A DNA stretch of 64,000 bases, taken from contig OX597816.1 of the NCBI GenBank assembly GCA_951406725.2, positions 9,424,001-9,488,000 of the forward strand. Reading direction: 5' to 3'. Below, in pieces: positions 13,858 through 26,118 of the stretch (its first letter is position 1; each line of letters starts with the position of its first letter). The notes under the pieces are model-generated. The model was not told the origin of the DNA and ran no database searches. It worked only from the letters and a program-made list of their open reading frames with translations. This stretch comes from Octopus vulgaris (taxonomy: Eukaryota). A program made the position numbers and the translations under genes.

Positions 13858-14809
13858 ATCATCATCATCATTATTAATGAAATAGATCAAACATTATTCG
13901 ATGTTGATGATGCTTTGTCATCTAATGAAGTTTCCAGTAAGCTATTCAATTTTGTCTTGACTATTAGTGACATTATTATTTAACAGATTCTGGGTTGTTA
14001 ATTGTTATCCCCCTTTATTTAACTCTTTCTGTCTCTCTAAAAGCAAAGTTGTATTGATATAGGTTACCTCATAATTTAATGCTGATTTTGCCATTAATAT
14101 TATCTTGTGTTAATTCTCTCCAGCACATTTTTTTTTTTGACACACCCATTAATTAGCCTGTGCATTACCAATGACTTCACTGGTAACAACCTTCAGAGAC
14201 AAGCTTTCCTAATCACCATTTCATTCATTGTTACAAAAAAAAAATAATAATAAATGTTACAACAAACAAAATTCCCATATAATTTTAATTAATCTTTCAT
14301 CAGATGAACTTATAAAGAGAACATTTCTCATCTCTCAAGACAGTTTACTAATTTCAGCTGTCATTACAAAAAAAGAATAGCCATTTATAAGATAGAAGAT
14401 GTAGCAGAGTAAAAGAAATCTATGGACATATTGATCAATTTAAAACTATAAAAATATTTTATCTCAATGCAACAAATACATCAGCTGCACATAATACATA
14501 TGCATGAGTGTCATGTGATTAGCTGTCTTCATCAATATTATATTAGGTTATCTGAATTCTCAGTAAATGAAACAGACTATCAGTGTGGTTGTAAACTTCA
14601 GGTGATATAAGTTTTAGGACTTACAGAAATTGGAAAACCAATGGAATACTAATATTAATTGGTAGAATTCTGTAAGTTATTCATTCTGTCAAAATTGTCA
14701 AAATCTTTAGATGATCTAGTGTTTAGATATATTCTGCTGTAAATTTCTCATTTCTCAATTTTTCTTGTTTATAATATATATTCAATAGTTACAGACATAT
14801 GTAGTCAAG

Positions 14810-15480
14810 AGAGATGACTCATTGAACTAAACATATTCCTTCAGAAACAAACACACCCAGTAAATTTGGTAAATTATACCATAACCACCATAACCAATAC
14901 AAAAGAGATCCCAATCTCTACTTTATGGAGAAATACTCGTAATGAAGACGAAAAAAAAACATAAATGTAAATATTCCATTTGTGATCATCCATAATCCTA
15001 GAAACTAACATCAAACATTAAGCCAAACAGTAACCTCCAATTCTACTCTAATCATCAAATCTTATTTTACTAATTAAAGAATCACAAATGATCAAAAGCT
15101 GAAAACAACCACCAACAAAGATGAAATTAAAATCAGAAGAACTAATGAAGGTAACAAAGAGAGACCTTCATTGTGGGATGTGTCAAATAATTGTACAAAG
15201 CTAATCCTAAATATTCAAAAATGGGAAGGAACTGAATGTTAATGCAATTATAAACTATAGCACAAAAATTCTCACTTACTCCATCACATGCCCACAATGC
15301 AATGAGGATTATATTGGTCAAACAGGGTACATAAGAAACAAATCAAACATCCCTCTCTTAGAAATGTTACTCACACACACTCTCACACATATATATGGGA
15401 ACAAAACATCAATCATAAATAATTCATCTATTTTGCATTGAATGAATGAAGATTAACTTCCTTCAAATTTATCAAACTGC
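14810..15480 (+). mobile_element. Penelope-like element relic (GIY-YIG endonuclease)
   Basis: 15283-15327 translates ITCPQCNEDYIGQTG, a CxxC..YIG motif of PLE endonucleases. Flanks are heavily decayed, so boundaries are approximate. Confidence 0.65.
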
Positions 15481-16477
15481 ATGAACAGGTTGTTATAATT
15501 TTACTATTCAGCTGGGATAAAATGATAGCATTCGTTTCAAACTATTCCTCATGTCTCTTCTAAGCAATTAAAAATGAAAACAGAGAGAGAGAGAGAGAGG
15601 CGGACAGAGGGAGATAGACTCCCTTTATATAACAGCCAGCTTCATTTGATCTAAAATATTCATGATGAAGAAATGTATATTCTTATATCTGTGAGACTAA
15701 CAGAAAATATTTCTCTTACAGGAAACTAATTCCATTGAAACACCTTGATAATAATGCTTTACCAGTTTTGAAGATCAGTCATAGATGAGAATATAATGTG
15801 CAATTTCATAATCAGTAGATGGACATTCTCTACAGATGAAGAGAAATTTTAAAATAGAGAGGCTGCTCTTCATCAACAGGTTAACTTTCTAATACAAACT
15901 GTTAACTGATTGTTTTGGCAATGTAAATACAGTTAAGTACATGAAACTGATTTGCTCAGAGACTAAATGTAATACCCTCGTCAAAGAATTGTAAACTGAT
16001 AACCACACATTAAAAGTATTCATGATACAAATACAGGTTTAATTTTGTATTCCTTTTAGTTTATTTATTGCACCTCTTTTCTTTCCATGTAAAGATAACA
16101 AACAAAACATCCTGAAATGATGGCTAACCATGCATAAAAGTTGAAGCTATTAACTGCTTTAACTTTAATAATTTACTGTTCCAGCAAGTCTGAAAACTGT
16201 TACGGTAGTTGTGGAAAACCTAGAAATTATTTTTATCACATTTAATAATTTTTGATTAAATTTCTTTCTCACTTTTTATTTAATATATCTATTATGTAAC
16301 CTAACAAAGGTTTTACATAATAAATTTATTGCTGCTGTCAGAAACAAAGATGCTGAGAAACTTTTCGTGAACTAAAATTCTGTTTAGACAAGCATGATTG
16401 TAAACCAAATATATATATATTTTTTCAAATTTCATTTAAGAAAATAACATTTGGCTTAACACATTCTTATAAGAAAG

Positions 16478-16714
<237 letters not shown>

Positions 16715-17040
16715 CAGCCAGACAGACAAACAAATAGACAAAAATGGAAAGAAAATGGAATCCATATAAACAATTCCAGATAAAGAGGCAATTTTCTATT
16801 TCTACACATTCATTCAAAATTTTTTTTGAGAAAAAAGAAATACACAAATACAATGTACATTTTCAAATAACCTTTGAAACCATGTTGAAAGAAAAGGCAT
16901 AAGAAAATTTTCTCACAATATTTAAACAACAAAACTTGGATGCATATAAAATATTTCTAAATAACATATCTGCAAAAGTAAGAGAATGATAAAAAGAAAG
17001 TGTAGAAACAAACGAGGTCTGATTTTAGCAAATTCCTTAC

Positions 17041-17148
17041 CTTTACAGCCTTTACTTTCTTCTCTAGCAACTGACTCACTTTTTTTGCAGTTTCAGCAAC
17101 TATTGTTGAATGTTTCTTCTCCTCTGTTTTTAGTCTTGTTTGATATTT
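17041..17148 (-). CDS. CACNA2D: Internal coding exon of a voltage-gated calcium channel alpha2delta subunit-like gene (equivalent to vertebrate CACNA2D exon 3)
   Basis: Minus strand has acceptor attttttctccatttcag|AAA and donor AAG|gtaagg. The exon is 108 nt, phase 0-0 and open: KYQTRLKTEEKKHSTIVAETAKKVSQLLEKKVKAVK. From recall, it matches the pattern and exon boundaries of CACNA2D3 exon 3 (KYKE...LVKKLAKNMEEMFHKKSEAVR) and fly straightjacket (KYKE...LARKMDAVR). Family-level call only; neighbouring exons were not found in the window. Confidence 0.75.
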
Positions 17149-17409
17149 CTGAAATGGAGAAAAAATATCATTGAATCTTCAAGTATTTCTCATTCAAATA
17201 AATACAGTCATATATCTGTTATTTTATCAACATGAAAGTACACATTTAATGAAAGGATAGTGGTTCACAGGAAAGTTACTTCCTAGAAACTTCCTGAGCA
17301 CAGATTTTGCAAACTGAACTGTCAAATACTTTTAAGTAGCAAAATTGAATTGTTTAAATTTAGAAATAATTTTCCAAGATTACGATCAGTCTTTAAAAAT
17401 AATCATGAT

Positions 17410-17615
17410 TGATTCTTAAGATCACCCCTAGTTCTGCAATACAAATTCACTGTTTTAAAGGGATCTAAATTAAAACCATATGCCAAAATTTTGTGTTAAT
17501 TTATATTTCAAACACCAGCTCAATGATAAAGTTATTATACTTAAATTCTTCATTATTCTCAAAATTAAACAACAGCAATGTACTCGAAACAAAAATATAG
17601 CAACAAAAGGGTTAA
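17410..17615 (+). mobile_element. piggyBac-like MITE, partial
   Basis: Ends aaaaggg|ttaa; internal sequence matches the copies at 27640 and 28152. Confidence 0.6.
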
Positions 17616-17695
17616 TATAAGTACTTCTGTATGTTTGTCCATGGATAAAACAAGCTTATTTATAGAAGTGTAAAATATATTACTGATGCTCCATA

Positions 17696-17868
17696 TATTT
17701 CTTTATTGCCCACAAGGGGCTAAACATAGAGGGGACAAACAAGGACAGACAAAAGGATTAAGTCGATTACATCGACCCCAGTGTGTAACTGATACTTTAT
17801 TTATCGACCCCCGAAAGGATGAAAGGCAAAGTCGACCTCGGCGGAATTTGAACTCACGACGTAACACT
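17696..17868 (-). mobile_element. SINE family B, 5'-truncated
   Basis: Near-identical to the corresponding part of the 36017-36259 copy (same strand). Confidence 0.85.
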
Positions 17869-18146
17869 GAATAGGGTTGGGTACTTTTATTGATTTCAGC
17901 TAGGAGTCAGAGCAATATCATTAATGAGATCCCTGGCCTTCTCTCCAGACTTGGTTCTGGTGAAGCAGAGTTGGACAAAGATGCCCATATTTGCATTTTC
18001 TGTTGAGATGTTAGTTTATTTCATATTTCAGATACGGTATCAGGTCCTTAACTCTATAGCTTTCAATACCACAGTTAAGGTGCTAGATTCTCCAGCCAGA
18101 ATCTCCCACATATATCCCCCACCATATATATATATATATATATATA

Positions 18147-18540
18147 CTAGCAGTATCGCCCGGCGTTGCTCGGGTTTGTAAGGGAAATAACTATAAAGCA
18201 TTTTTAGAGAGTTATAGCCAAAAAATAGCAAAAAATGCATTAAAAATGGAAAAAAAATTATGGTAATTTTTTTAAAAATCGTTGACTCATCGTAGACATT
18301 TTCAGAGAGTTACTTCCTTTATATTAAAAAAAAAAATGCATTAAAATGGAAAAAAATGATGGTAAATTATTTTTAAAATCGTAGACTCATCGTAGACGCG
18401 CGATAATACCCAGAAGGGCTTGATATAAATCACGACTATAAGATACCCGGTTTTGGTTAAACTGCACCGCAAAATGTGGGAGTAGTTAGGAATCTAAATC
18501 GGAGTAGACAGAAACACAACCTTACTTTTATATATAAAGA
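18147..18540 (-). mobile_element. Non-autonomous Helitron copy 1
   Basis: On the minus strand: 5' TC, 3' GC-rich hairpin cccgagcaacgccggg, CTAG terminus followed by T, no TSD. Confidence 0.85.
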
Positions 18541-19049
18541 CTAGCAGTATCGCCCGGCGTTGCTCGGGTTTGTAAGGGAAATAACTATATAAGCATTTTT
18601 AGAGAGTTACTTCCCTTATAGATGCCAATTCGGGCCTTCTTAGCCATTTCTGTTTTGGTGTCTTCAAGCCATGAAGTCGTTGTTCTAAAAGAACGCTGGT
18701 CTCCTTGACAACGCATTACGACGTTGATTTCTTTACACTCCCTTCCCCACAATTCACGAGGGAGGGAAGGGGGAGAAGCAAACAGGTGCAGCTGTGACCA
18801 TGGACGCCAACTCCGCCGCCATCGACACACGAAAAATTATGCATTAAAATGGAATAAAAAATGATGTTAAATTATTTTTAAAATCGTAGACTCATCGTTG
18901 ACGCGCGCTAATAGCCAGACGGGCTTGATATTAATCACGACTATAAGATACCCGAATTTGGTTAAACTGCACTGCAAAATGTGGGAGGAGTTAGGAATCT
19001 AAATCGAAGGGGACAGACACTCACACAACTAGAGTTTTATATATATAGA
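18541..19049 (-). mobile_element. Non-autonomous Helitron copy 2, with about 210 bp extra internal segment
   Basis: Same termini as copy 1 and abuts it with no spacer; segment 18621-18830 is absent from the other copies. Confidence 0.85.
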
Positions 19050-19349
19050 TATATATAAATATATATAAATATATATATATATATAAAAGAAGGTTTGAAA
19101 TGCAATTTTAAAGATGTTTATTCAATTGACCGGTTTCACTTTTTTAGAAAAATATTGTCAAAAGTAAAATGTAAAGCTTTGTATAAGCTTTGTTGTGTCA
19201 AGTACTGGTTGTCACAAAAGTATTAAAATACATAGATACATTCTTTGATAATAATAAGAAAATGTTAAAAACAGTTTACAAGAAAGTATTTAAGAAAATA
19301 TTCTACAAAAAGTATTAGGAGTTCAATAAAAATCATGTTTGTTTGGTGG

Positions 19350-19387
<38 letters not shown>

Positions 19388-20851
19388 CACAGGAGATATA
19401 TTTAAGAGTTTACAAAGAATTTGAGAGGAACCAACCTGTTTTCCTAGCATTTTTTACTTTGTGTGTAGCTAAGGATTGTTTGCTATTTTAAGGGACAGTA
19501 TGGGACGTTAGTTGGGGTGGGGGGAAGAAGAGCAATGTGGAATTAAAAGGATTTTTTTGTTTCTGGGCTAGTCTATCATGGTTCAGTGGTTTTGGGGACT
19601 GGTCTTAGAGGACTGGTCTTAGACCTCTAAGACCAGTCCCCAAAACCACTGGAAACAGAGATTAAAGTTAAAATTTTAAGCTCCTTTACATTACACATTC
19701 TAGACTTAACTATAACAAAACAAGTTTCGTTAATTTTTATTCCTCAACATCAAAGCCAAGTCCATGTCATTTACATTGGACATATTTATGTAAAGGTTAA
19801 GAAGTTTTCATTATTTAAAGTGATTAGAATTTATTGAAAGGAAGAATTAAGTATTGTATGATGTTTAACGTTCTACTCAGTTATTTGCATGTGTTTTTGA
19901 AGAGTTCAGTGCTTGGATTCTCCTCTTAAACCTATTATGAGGAAAATTCTTGTGCCTATTATTTAGTGACATAAACTTTAGCAAATAGAGTTGAAGAATT
20001 TTCTCAGTAATGCAGTAAACTATCAATGATTGATAGCTTGATTTAGGACTTTATTCTCTTATCAAAGCTGCCTAAAAACATGTGAAAGAACTGAATAAAG
20101 TTAAGCAAAATAAAGCAAAGTTAGTAAGAAATATATGATGTACATCATTTGAAGATATGAAACCAAAGAGGAACAATTGATTAGGAGAAAATTATAAAAG
20201 AAATCGAAATGCAACTTAGATTGGTTGATGGATTCAGCAGAGATACAAAGGGAATTTAATGCTTTTTATCAAATCAAGGAAAAGATAAATGAATGCAATT
20301 TGCTGAAATAAATGGAAAAAGGGGGAAATGATGGATAGATGGCTAAATCAAATGATATTGTGTGAATATTTGAATAAAAAATGCCAAACATAAAGAATAA
20401 CATAGCTAAATCAATTGATATTATGTGAATATTAAAAAAAAAACAACATAAAACCCAAAGGCATAATAGGGATATCTCAAATAATATTGTATGAATATTT
20501 GAAATATGAAGAACAAAAAGAAGACAAAACTAGAGAATGTTATGTGAGTTAATAAGATTACTGAATAACTTCACAAACGGTCAATTTTAGATTTCTATTC
20601 TTTCTACAAAATGTTTACAACAAATCTAAAAGCTTTAATGTGAGAGGCGATCATATATATACTATTGGGTCAGTAGTTTATTTGGACAATCATCATCATG
20701 TAATTATCTTTTGTAAAATCAAGTATCAGAAAAAGATCAAAGTTTCTTTCTGAGCCACAGGGTCATAAGGCTAGTGGTATGTACATTCACACACATTCCT
20801 GGATGGGTTAGGGTTAGGGTGAGTAAACTGGAGCAACTTGAAATGAAGTGT

Positions 20852-21065
20852 TTTACTCTTTTACTCGTTTCAGTCATTTGACTGCGGCCATGCTGGAGCA
20901 CCGCCTTTTAGTCGAGCAAATCGACCCCGGGACTTATTCTTTGTAAGCCCAGTACTTATCCTATCGGTCTCTTTTGCCAAACCGCTAAGTGACGGGGACG
21001 TAAACACACCAGCATCGGTTGTCAAACAATGCTAGGGGGACAAACACATACACACAAACACACAC

Positions 21066-21113
<48 letters not shown>

Positions 21114-21277
21114 GACAGGCTTCTTTCAGTTTCCGTCTACCAAATCCACTCACAAGGCATTGGTCGGCCTCGGGCTATAGCAGAAGACACTTGCCCAAGA
21201 TGCCACGCAGTGGGACTGAACCCGGAACCATGTGGTTGGTTAGCAAGCTACTTACCACACAGCCACTCCTGCACCTA
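20852..21277 (-). mobile_element. SINE family A, young full-length copy nested inside a family C SINE (about 20815-21372)
   Basis: Near-identical reverse complement of the 58568 copy. The host SINE C sequence (gttcttgagcaaaac|acttcatttcaagttgctccag) is split around it, with gtttt on both sides. Confidence 0.9.
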
Positions 21278-21753
21278 TAGTTTTGCTCAAGAACACAATG
21301 CCTCACCTGGTCCAGGAACTGAAACCACAATCTAACTTGTAAAAACCTAACATTCAAGCCACACACCTTCACAAAATAACAAAATAATATATCTTTTATT
21401 TTTATCTGTTATCATTTACTGGTTTGAGTCAGAGGCTGAGGCCATGCTGGAGTACAGCTCTTCTTTGTGCCTCATGTGGCAATGTGGGTTCATCTGATAT
21501 CTCAAACAAAAATTTGTCCAGATGCTCCTTGAAGACCTCCACATCTACTACTTGTAAAATCTTTGGGGTTGTTTAACAGAATGCTAAATAGTAGCAGACA
21601 CTTGAAACCCAAGGTGTTACAGTACTGTGTCCTTACTCTAGTTGAAGAAAGTGAGTTCTTTGGTAGTATACAGTTCAGCCTAGTTAAGTGGGTGGTATAG
21701 CTCTCAATTCCAAAGTTGGGAGCTAGACCTTCCATATATATAGTTTTTCCATA

Positions 21754-22150
21754 TCTTTACATATAAAAGTCAAGTTGTGTGTCTGTCTCCTACGATTTAG
21801 ATTCCTAACTACACACACATTTTGCGGTGCAGTTTAACCAAAACCGGGTATCTTATAGTCGTGATTCATACCGAGCCCTTCTGGGTATTAGCGCGCGTCT
21901 ACGATGAGTCTACGATTTAAAAAAAAATTACCATCATTTTTTTCCATTTTAATGCATTTTTTTCGCTATTATATAAGGGAAGTAACTCTCTAAAAATGTC
22001 TACGATGAGTCAACGATTTAAAAAAAAATTTACCATAATTTTTTTTCCATTTTTAATGCATTTTTTTGCTATTTTTTGGCTATAACTCTCTAAAAATGCT
22101 TATATAGTTATTTCCCTTACAAACCCGAGCAACGCCGGGCGATACTCTAG
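21754..22150 (+). mobile_element. Non-autonomous Helitron copy 3
   Basis: a|TCttt...cccgagcaacgccgggcgatactCTAG|t. Confidence 0.85.
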
Positions 22151-22152
22151 TA

Positions 22153-22445
22153 TATATATAAATTAGAGAAAAACCACTATTATGCAATTCTAACAATGAT
22201 AGACATAAACCATATCATAAAGAGAAAATAAAATATATTATAAAACATACAATTATATCACAAAAAGTATAAAAATGAATAAACAATATATAATAAGTAA
22301 TAAGTAATATATTGTTTATTCATTTTTGTACTTTTTTTGATCTAGCTATATGTTTTATAATATATTTTACTTTTTCTTTATGATTTGGTTTATGTCTATC
22401 ATTGTTAGAATTGCATAATAGTGGTTTTTCTCTAATTTATATATA
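22153..22445. repeat. AT-rich palindrome (arms about 139 bp, loop about 15 nt)
   Basis: aattagagaaaaaccactattatgcaattctaacaatgatagacataaacca.. recurs as its reverse complement; roughly 90% arm identity by eye. Confidence 0.9.
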
Positions 22446-22531
22446 TTATATATTTATATTGTGAAATTTGATTTAATACTAAATTGAATTTTTTCCTGTG
22501 AGTTTGGAGTTATACTCTCTAATATTATATA

Positions 22532-22940
22532 CTAGCAGTATCGCCCGGCGTTGCTCAGGTTTGTAAGGGAAATAACTATAAAGCATTTTTAGAGAGTTAT
22601 AGCCAAAAAATAGCAAAAAAATAGCAAAAAAATGCATTAAAAATGGAAAAAAAATTATGGTAAATTTTTTTTTAAATCGTTGACTCATCGTAGACATTTT
22701 TAGAAAGTTAGTTCCCTTATATAATAGCGAAAAAAATGCATCAAAATGGAAAAAAATGATGGTAAATTATTTTTTAAATCGTAGACTCATCGTAGACGCG
22801 CGCTAATACCCAGAGGGGCTCGATATGAATCACGACTATAAGATACCCGGTTTTGGTTAAACTGCACCCCAAAATGTGGGAGTAGTTAGGAATCTAAATC
22901 GTAGGAGACAGACACACAACCTTACTTTTATATATAAAGA
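22532..22940 (-). mobile_element. Non-autonomous Helitron copy 4
   Basis: Plus strand a|ctagcagtatcgcccggcgttgctc..tatataaaga|t. Confidence 0.85.
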
Positions 22941-23788
22941 TATATATATATATATATCTCACTACATATTTCTCATGATTTCTCTCTGGGGAGTAACAGT
23001 TCAGTTCTTTAGCCTCTCCCAGTAGCTCATCTGTTTCACTGAGTCAATCTTCTTTGTGTAGTGGTACTGGATTGCTTCAAGTTCTGCTACCAGTTTGGTG
23101 TTCTACGGTGATTGCAGTTGAGAGCAGTAACCCAGATAACCAAGAATGTAAGTTTTCCATAGGAGTAGCGTGGTAGCCTTCTTCCTGCTTCTGAACGATC
23201 TCAGAATCTACTCAGCTACTCACCTGCACAGTGTTGCCATCTTGGTATTGCACATGGATTGTAGCATCATTACTCATGTAAATTCCCAGTTCAGGCACTG
23301 ACTCTGGGATTGTATCCCCATCCTCTTGATCTTGTGTATTCTGATTGTATACACACACATACGCACACACGCATGTACTGCTCTACACACATACAAACAT
23401 GCATACATCATACATATATATATATATATATATATATAGAACTAGCAAACATGCAACTATATGGAAATGAATGTTACACAAAATAATTCTAGGCATAGTA
23501 TTTTTCATTGAATAAATATTTTCCTCTCTTCAAATAACTGTCAAAATTTCTTTTGTTGACATTTATATTCCAAGAAATATATGTATTTACATTCATTTAT
23601 TTTTTTCTGTTCTTGTCCATTTCCTGTAGTTTAAATCAGAAAAGTTTCCAATATTCTGAAAGTTTTCTTTACAAACTGCAGTTTATCTAAAATGGGAGTC
23701 ACATGCTTGAAATCAAATTATTAAACATACAAGAAGGCAACAAGTACACATGCATACACACATGTATACACATATACACACATGCATA

Positions 23789-23827
<39 letters not shown>

Positions 23828-23869
23828 AACAATAATAATAATAACAAGAACAAGAACAACAACATCAAC

Positions 23870-24181
23870 AACAAGAGCACTCAGAGAGTGAAAACCTCTG
23901 CCAAAGCAACATCAATGTCCTTTCAACGATTAACTGGAGATGATTTTTAAAATGAGAATATCTCATAATACTTCATGTAAAATAAATATAACAAATAATC
24001 CAGAATCCTTGTTTGGAACTGGATCGATCCTAAAATCTAATCAGTTTGTGCCAGTCATGAGGTCAAACATCCCTGAAGGTTTCAGCCATATCCATCCAGT
24101 AGTTCTTGAGATATCTTGTCCGCAGACAAACAAACAAACAAACATGACTAAAAACAATACCTCCGCCTTTGCAAAGGTGGA

Positions 24182-24186
<5 letters not shown>
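23870..24186 (+). mobile_element. Helentron-associated non-autonomous element (HINE/DINE-1-like)
   Basis: Starts acaagagcactcagagag..aacctctgccaa, has an internal (ACAA)n, and ends with hairpin tacctccgccttt-gc-aaaggtggaggta. Sits in AA-rich repeats without a TSD. Confidence 0.65.
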
Positions 24187-24242
<56 letters not shown>

Positions 24243-24245
24243 GTA

Positions 24246-24312
<67 letters not shown>

Positions 24313-24360
24313 TAATAGTAGTAATAATAATAATAATAATAATTATTATTATTATTATTA
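24184..24360. repeat. (TAA)n microsatellite switching to (TTA)n
   Basis: Direct observation. Confidence 0.95.
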
Positions 24361-24385
24361 TTTCGAAGTAGCATCCATTAATTCA

Positions 24386-24428
<43 letters not shown>

Positions 24429-25020
24429 ACACACACATATATATAATCTGTATAATACCCATGCCAGCATGAAAGGTGGATGTTGAACGATGATGACACC
24501 AGGCTTACTGACATACTAATGTAGGTATCTAATATACAATCAAATTACAGCATTAGCCAACTTACATATTTTATTATGACTGTTTTATAATAATCTTGAT
24601 GATGTCATTACTTTAACATTCTTCTCTTGTTAATAAAATACTTTTTGGTGCATTTGAGGTCAAGACAAATGGAAAGAAGTATATCTACACATAGATAAAG
24701 GAAACAAATCATAAACCAATAAAGTGAAAAACTAATATAATTCATTAATATCTACTTAAATTCTTGTAATCTTTCCTCTGTAGATGCCGTTGGGATATAC
24801 AAAATGCATTCAAAATTTATTGATATTCATGCATGCTTCAAGAAATACCACTCTAAGTTCTTAATGTCATTGCATGAGTGCTTGTATTTGTATGTGTGTG
24901 TATCTGTGCGTGTAGTATTATCATACTTTTAACATTCACCTGTTCATGCTTGCATAGGTCAGATAGAATTGTGTGTGAATATACACACATATATGTGTAT
25001 GTATGTGAGTACACACGCAC

Positions 25021-25077
<57 letters not shown>

Positions 25078-25085
25078 TATATACT

Positions 25086-25403
25086 AGTCGTAAGACACCC
25101 GCTGTTTTTGTCCTGTTTTTACCATTATTGTTTTTTGTATTTTATATTCGTGTGGCATCGTCCGTTTTTCTGTCCCTGTTTCGTATACATTCGATCCTTT
25201 TTCCAAGAAATCTAATGCTCGTAGATTAGTTTTTCCTTGGGGCTGGCTGGATCGGAGCAATCTCAAGATTAATCAGCCAAAATTGCTATGATGATCTGGT
25301 TCTTGACTGAAGATTGAAGGCTTCGAATGTCCCGTCCGTGTTTTTTGTATCGTCTTCTAAATGTTTTACGTTCTTGTCTCAGTTTGTATTTTTCTACATA
25401 AAA

Positions 25404-25405
<2 letters not shown>
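25086..25405. mobile_element. CpG-rich interspersed-repeat fragment embedded in (TA)n, possibly a Penelope pseudo-LTR
   Basis: Sharp TA-flanked boundaries and intact CpGs; family assignment is tentative. Confidence 0.4.
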
Positions 25406-25450
<45 letters not shown>

Positions 25451-25479
25451 CATATAGATATCTATATATCACAGCTGCA

Positions 25480-26118
25480 TCCTCATTACACAAGAAAAGC
25501 CATTGCCAAGAAGACTTACTGAAATGATTCATGATTGTTGCCATACATAAGGCCCTGCTCGATCTGTAGAAAAGACATAGGCAGGAACTCCATAAGATGG
25601 ACCCAATGTAAGCTATGGACACATAAGAGGTGCAGTAATATCAAAGGAACAAAGGAAGGCTAACTGGGAAGATAGTTTTTGTCTATGGCAAATGCACAAG
25701 GGCAATAAACATTGAAAATGTGCAGAAAACAGCTTCCGTCACATGCCAGGGGAAAATTTAGAAGTAGGTGATAGCTTCTGTTACCTAGGTGACCAAGTCA
25801 GTAGCAGGGGTGGATACTCTGAGAGCATAGCTGCTAGAATAAGAATAGCCTAGGAAAAGTTCAGATAGCTCCCACTTCTACTGGTGACAAAGGCCCTCTC
25901 GCTCAGAGTGAAAGGTAGACTGTATGATGCATGTGTGTGAACAGCCATGCTATCCAGCAGTGAAACATGGGCTGTGACTGTTGAGGACATGTGTAAGCTT
26001 GCAAGAAAGGAAGCTAGTATACTCCACTGGATGTGTAATGTCAGTGTGCATATACAACAGAGTGTAAGCGCCCTGAGAGAAAAGTTAGACATAAGAAGCA
26101 TCAGATGTGGTGTGCAAG
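25480..26118 (+). mobile_element. RTE-clade LINE RT C-terminal fragment
   Basis: DSFCYLGDQVSSRGG..ESIAARIRIA..SLRVKGRLYDACV..SETWAVTVEDM..LHWMCNV..LREKLDIRSIRCGVQ, with stops. Confidence 0.85.

Larger units (their letters stand above)
21490..23330 (-). mobile_element. CR1/Jockey-group LINE ORF2 3' fragment, split by the 21754-22940 insertion
   Basis: Minus strand reads ELGIYMSND..ILRSFRSRK..YWERLKN..EKY [insertion] MEGLAPNFGIESY..RTQYCNTLGFK. Same family as 52783-53152. Confidence 0.75.

Noticed and set aside
17905-17999. Minus-strand cag|KMQIWAS.. resembling alpha2delta exon 2 (VKLWAS)
   Set aside because: The remainder does not match, there is no donor at the expected distance, and the frame runs into a stop.
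20805-20823. gggttagggttagggtgag telomere-like repeat
   Set aside because: Only about two full units, at the edge of a SINE.
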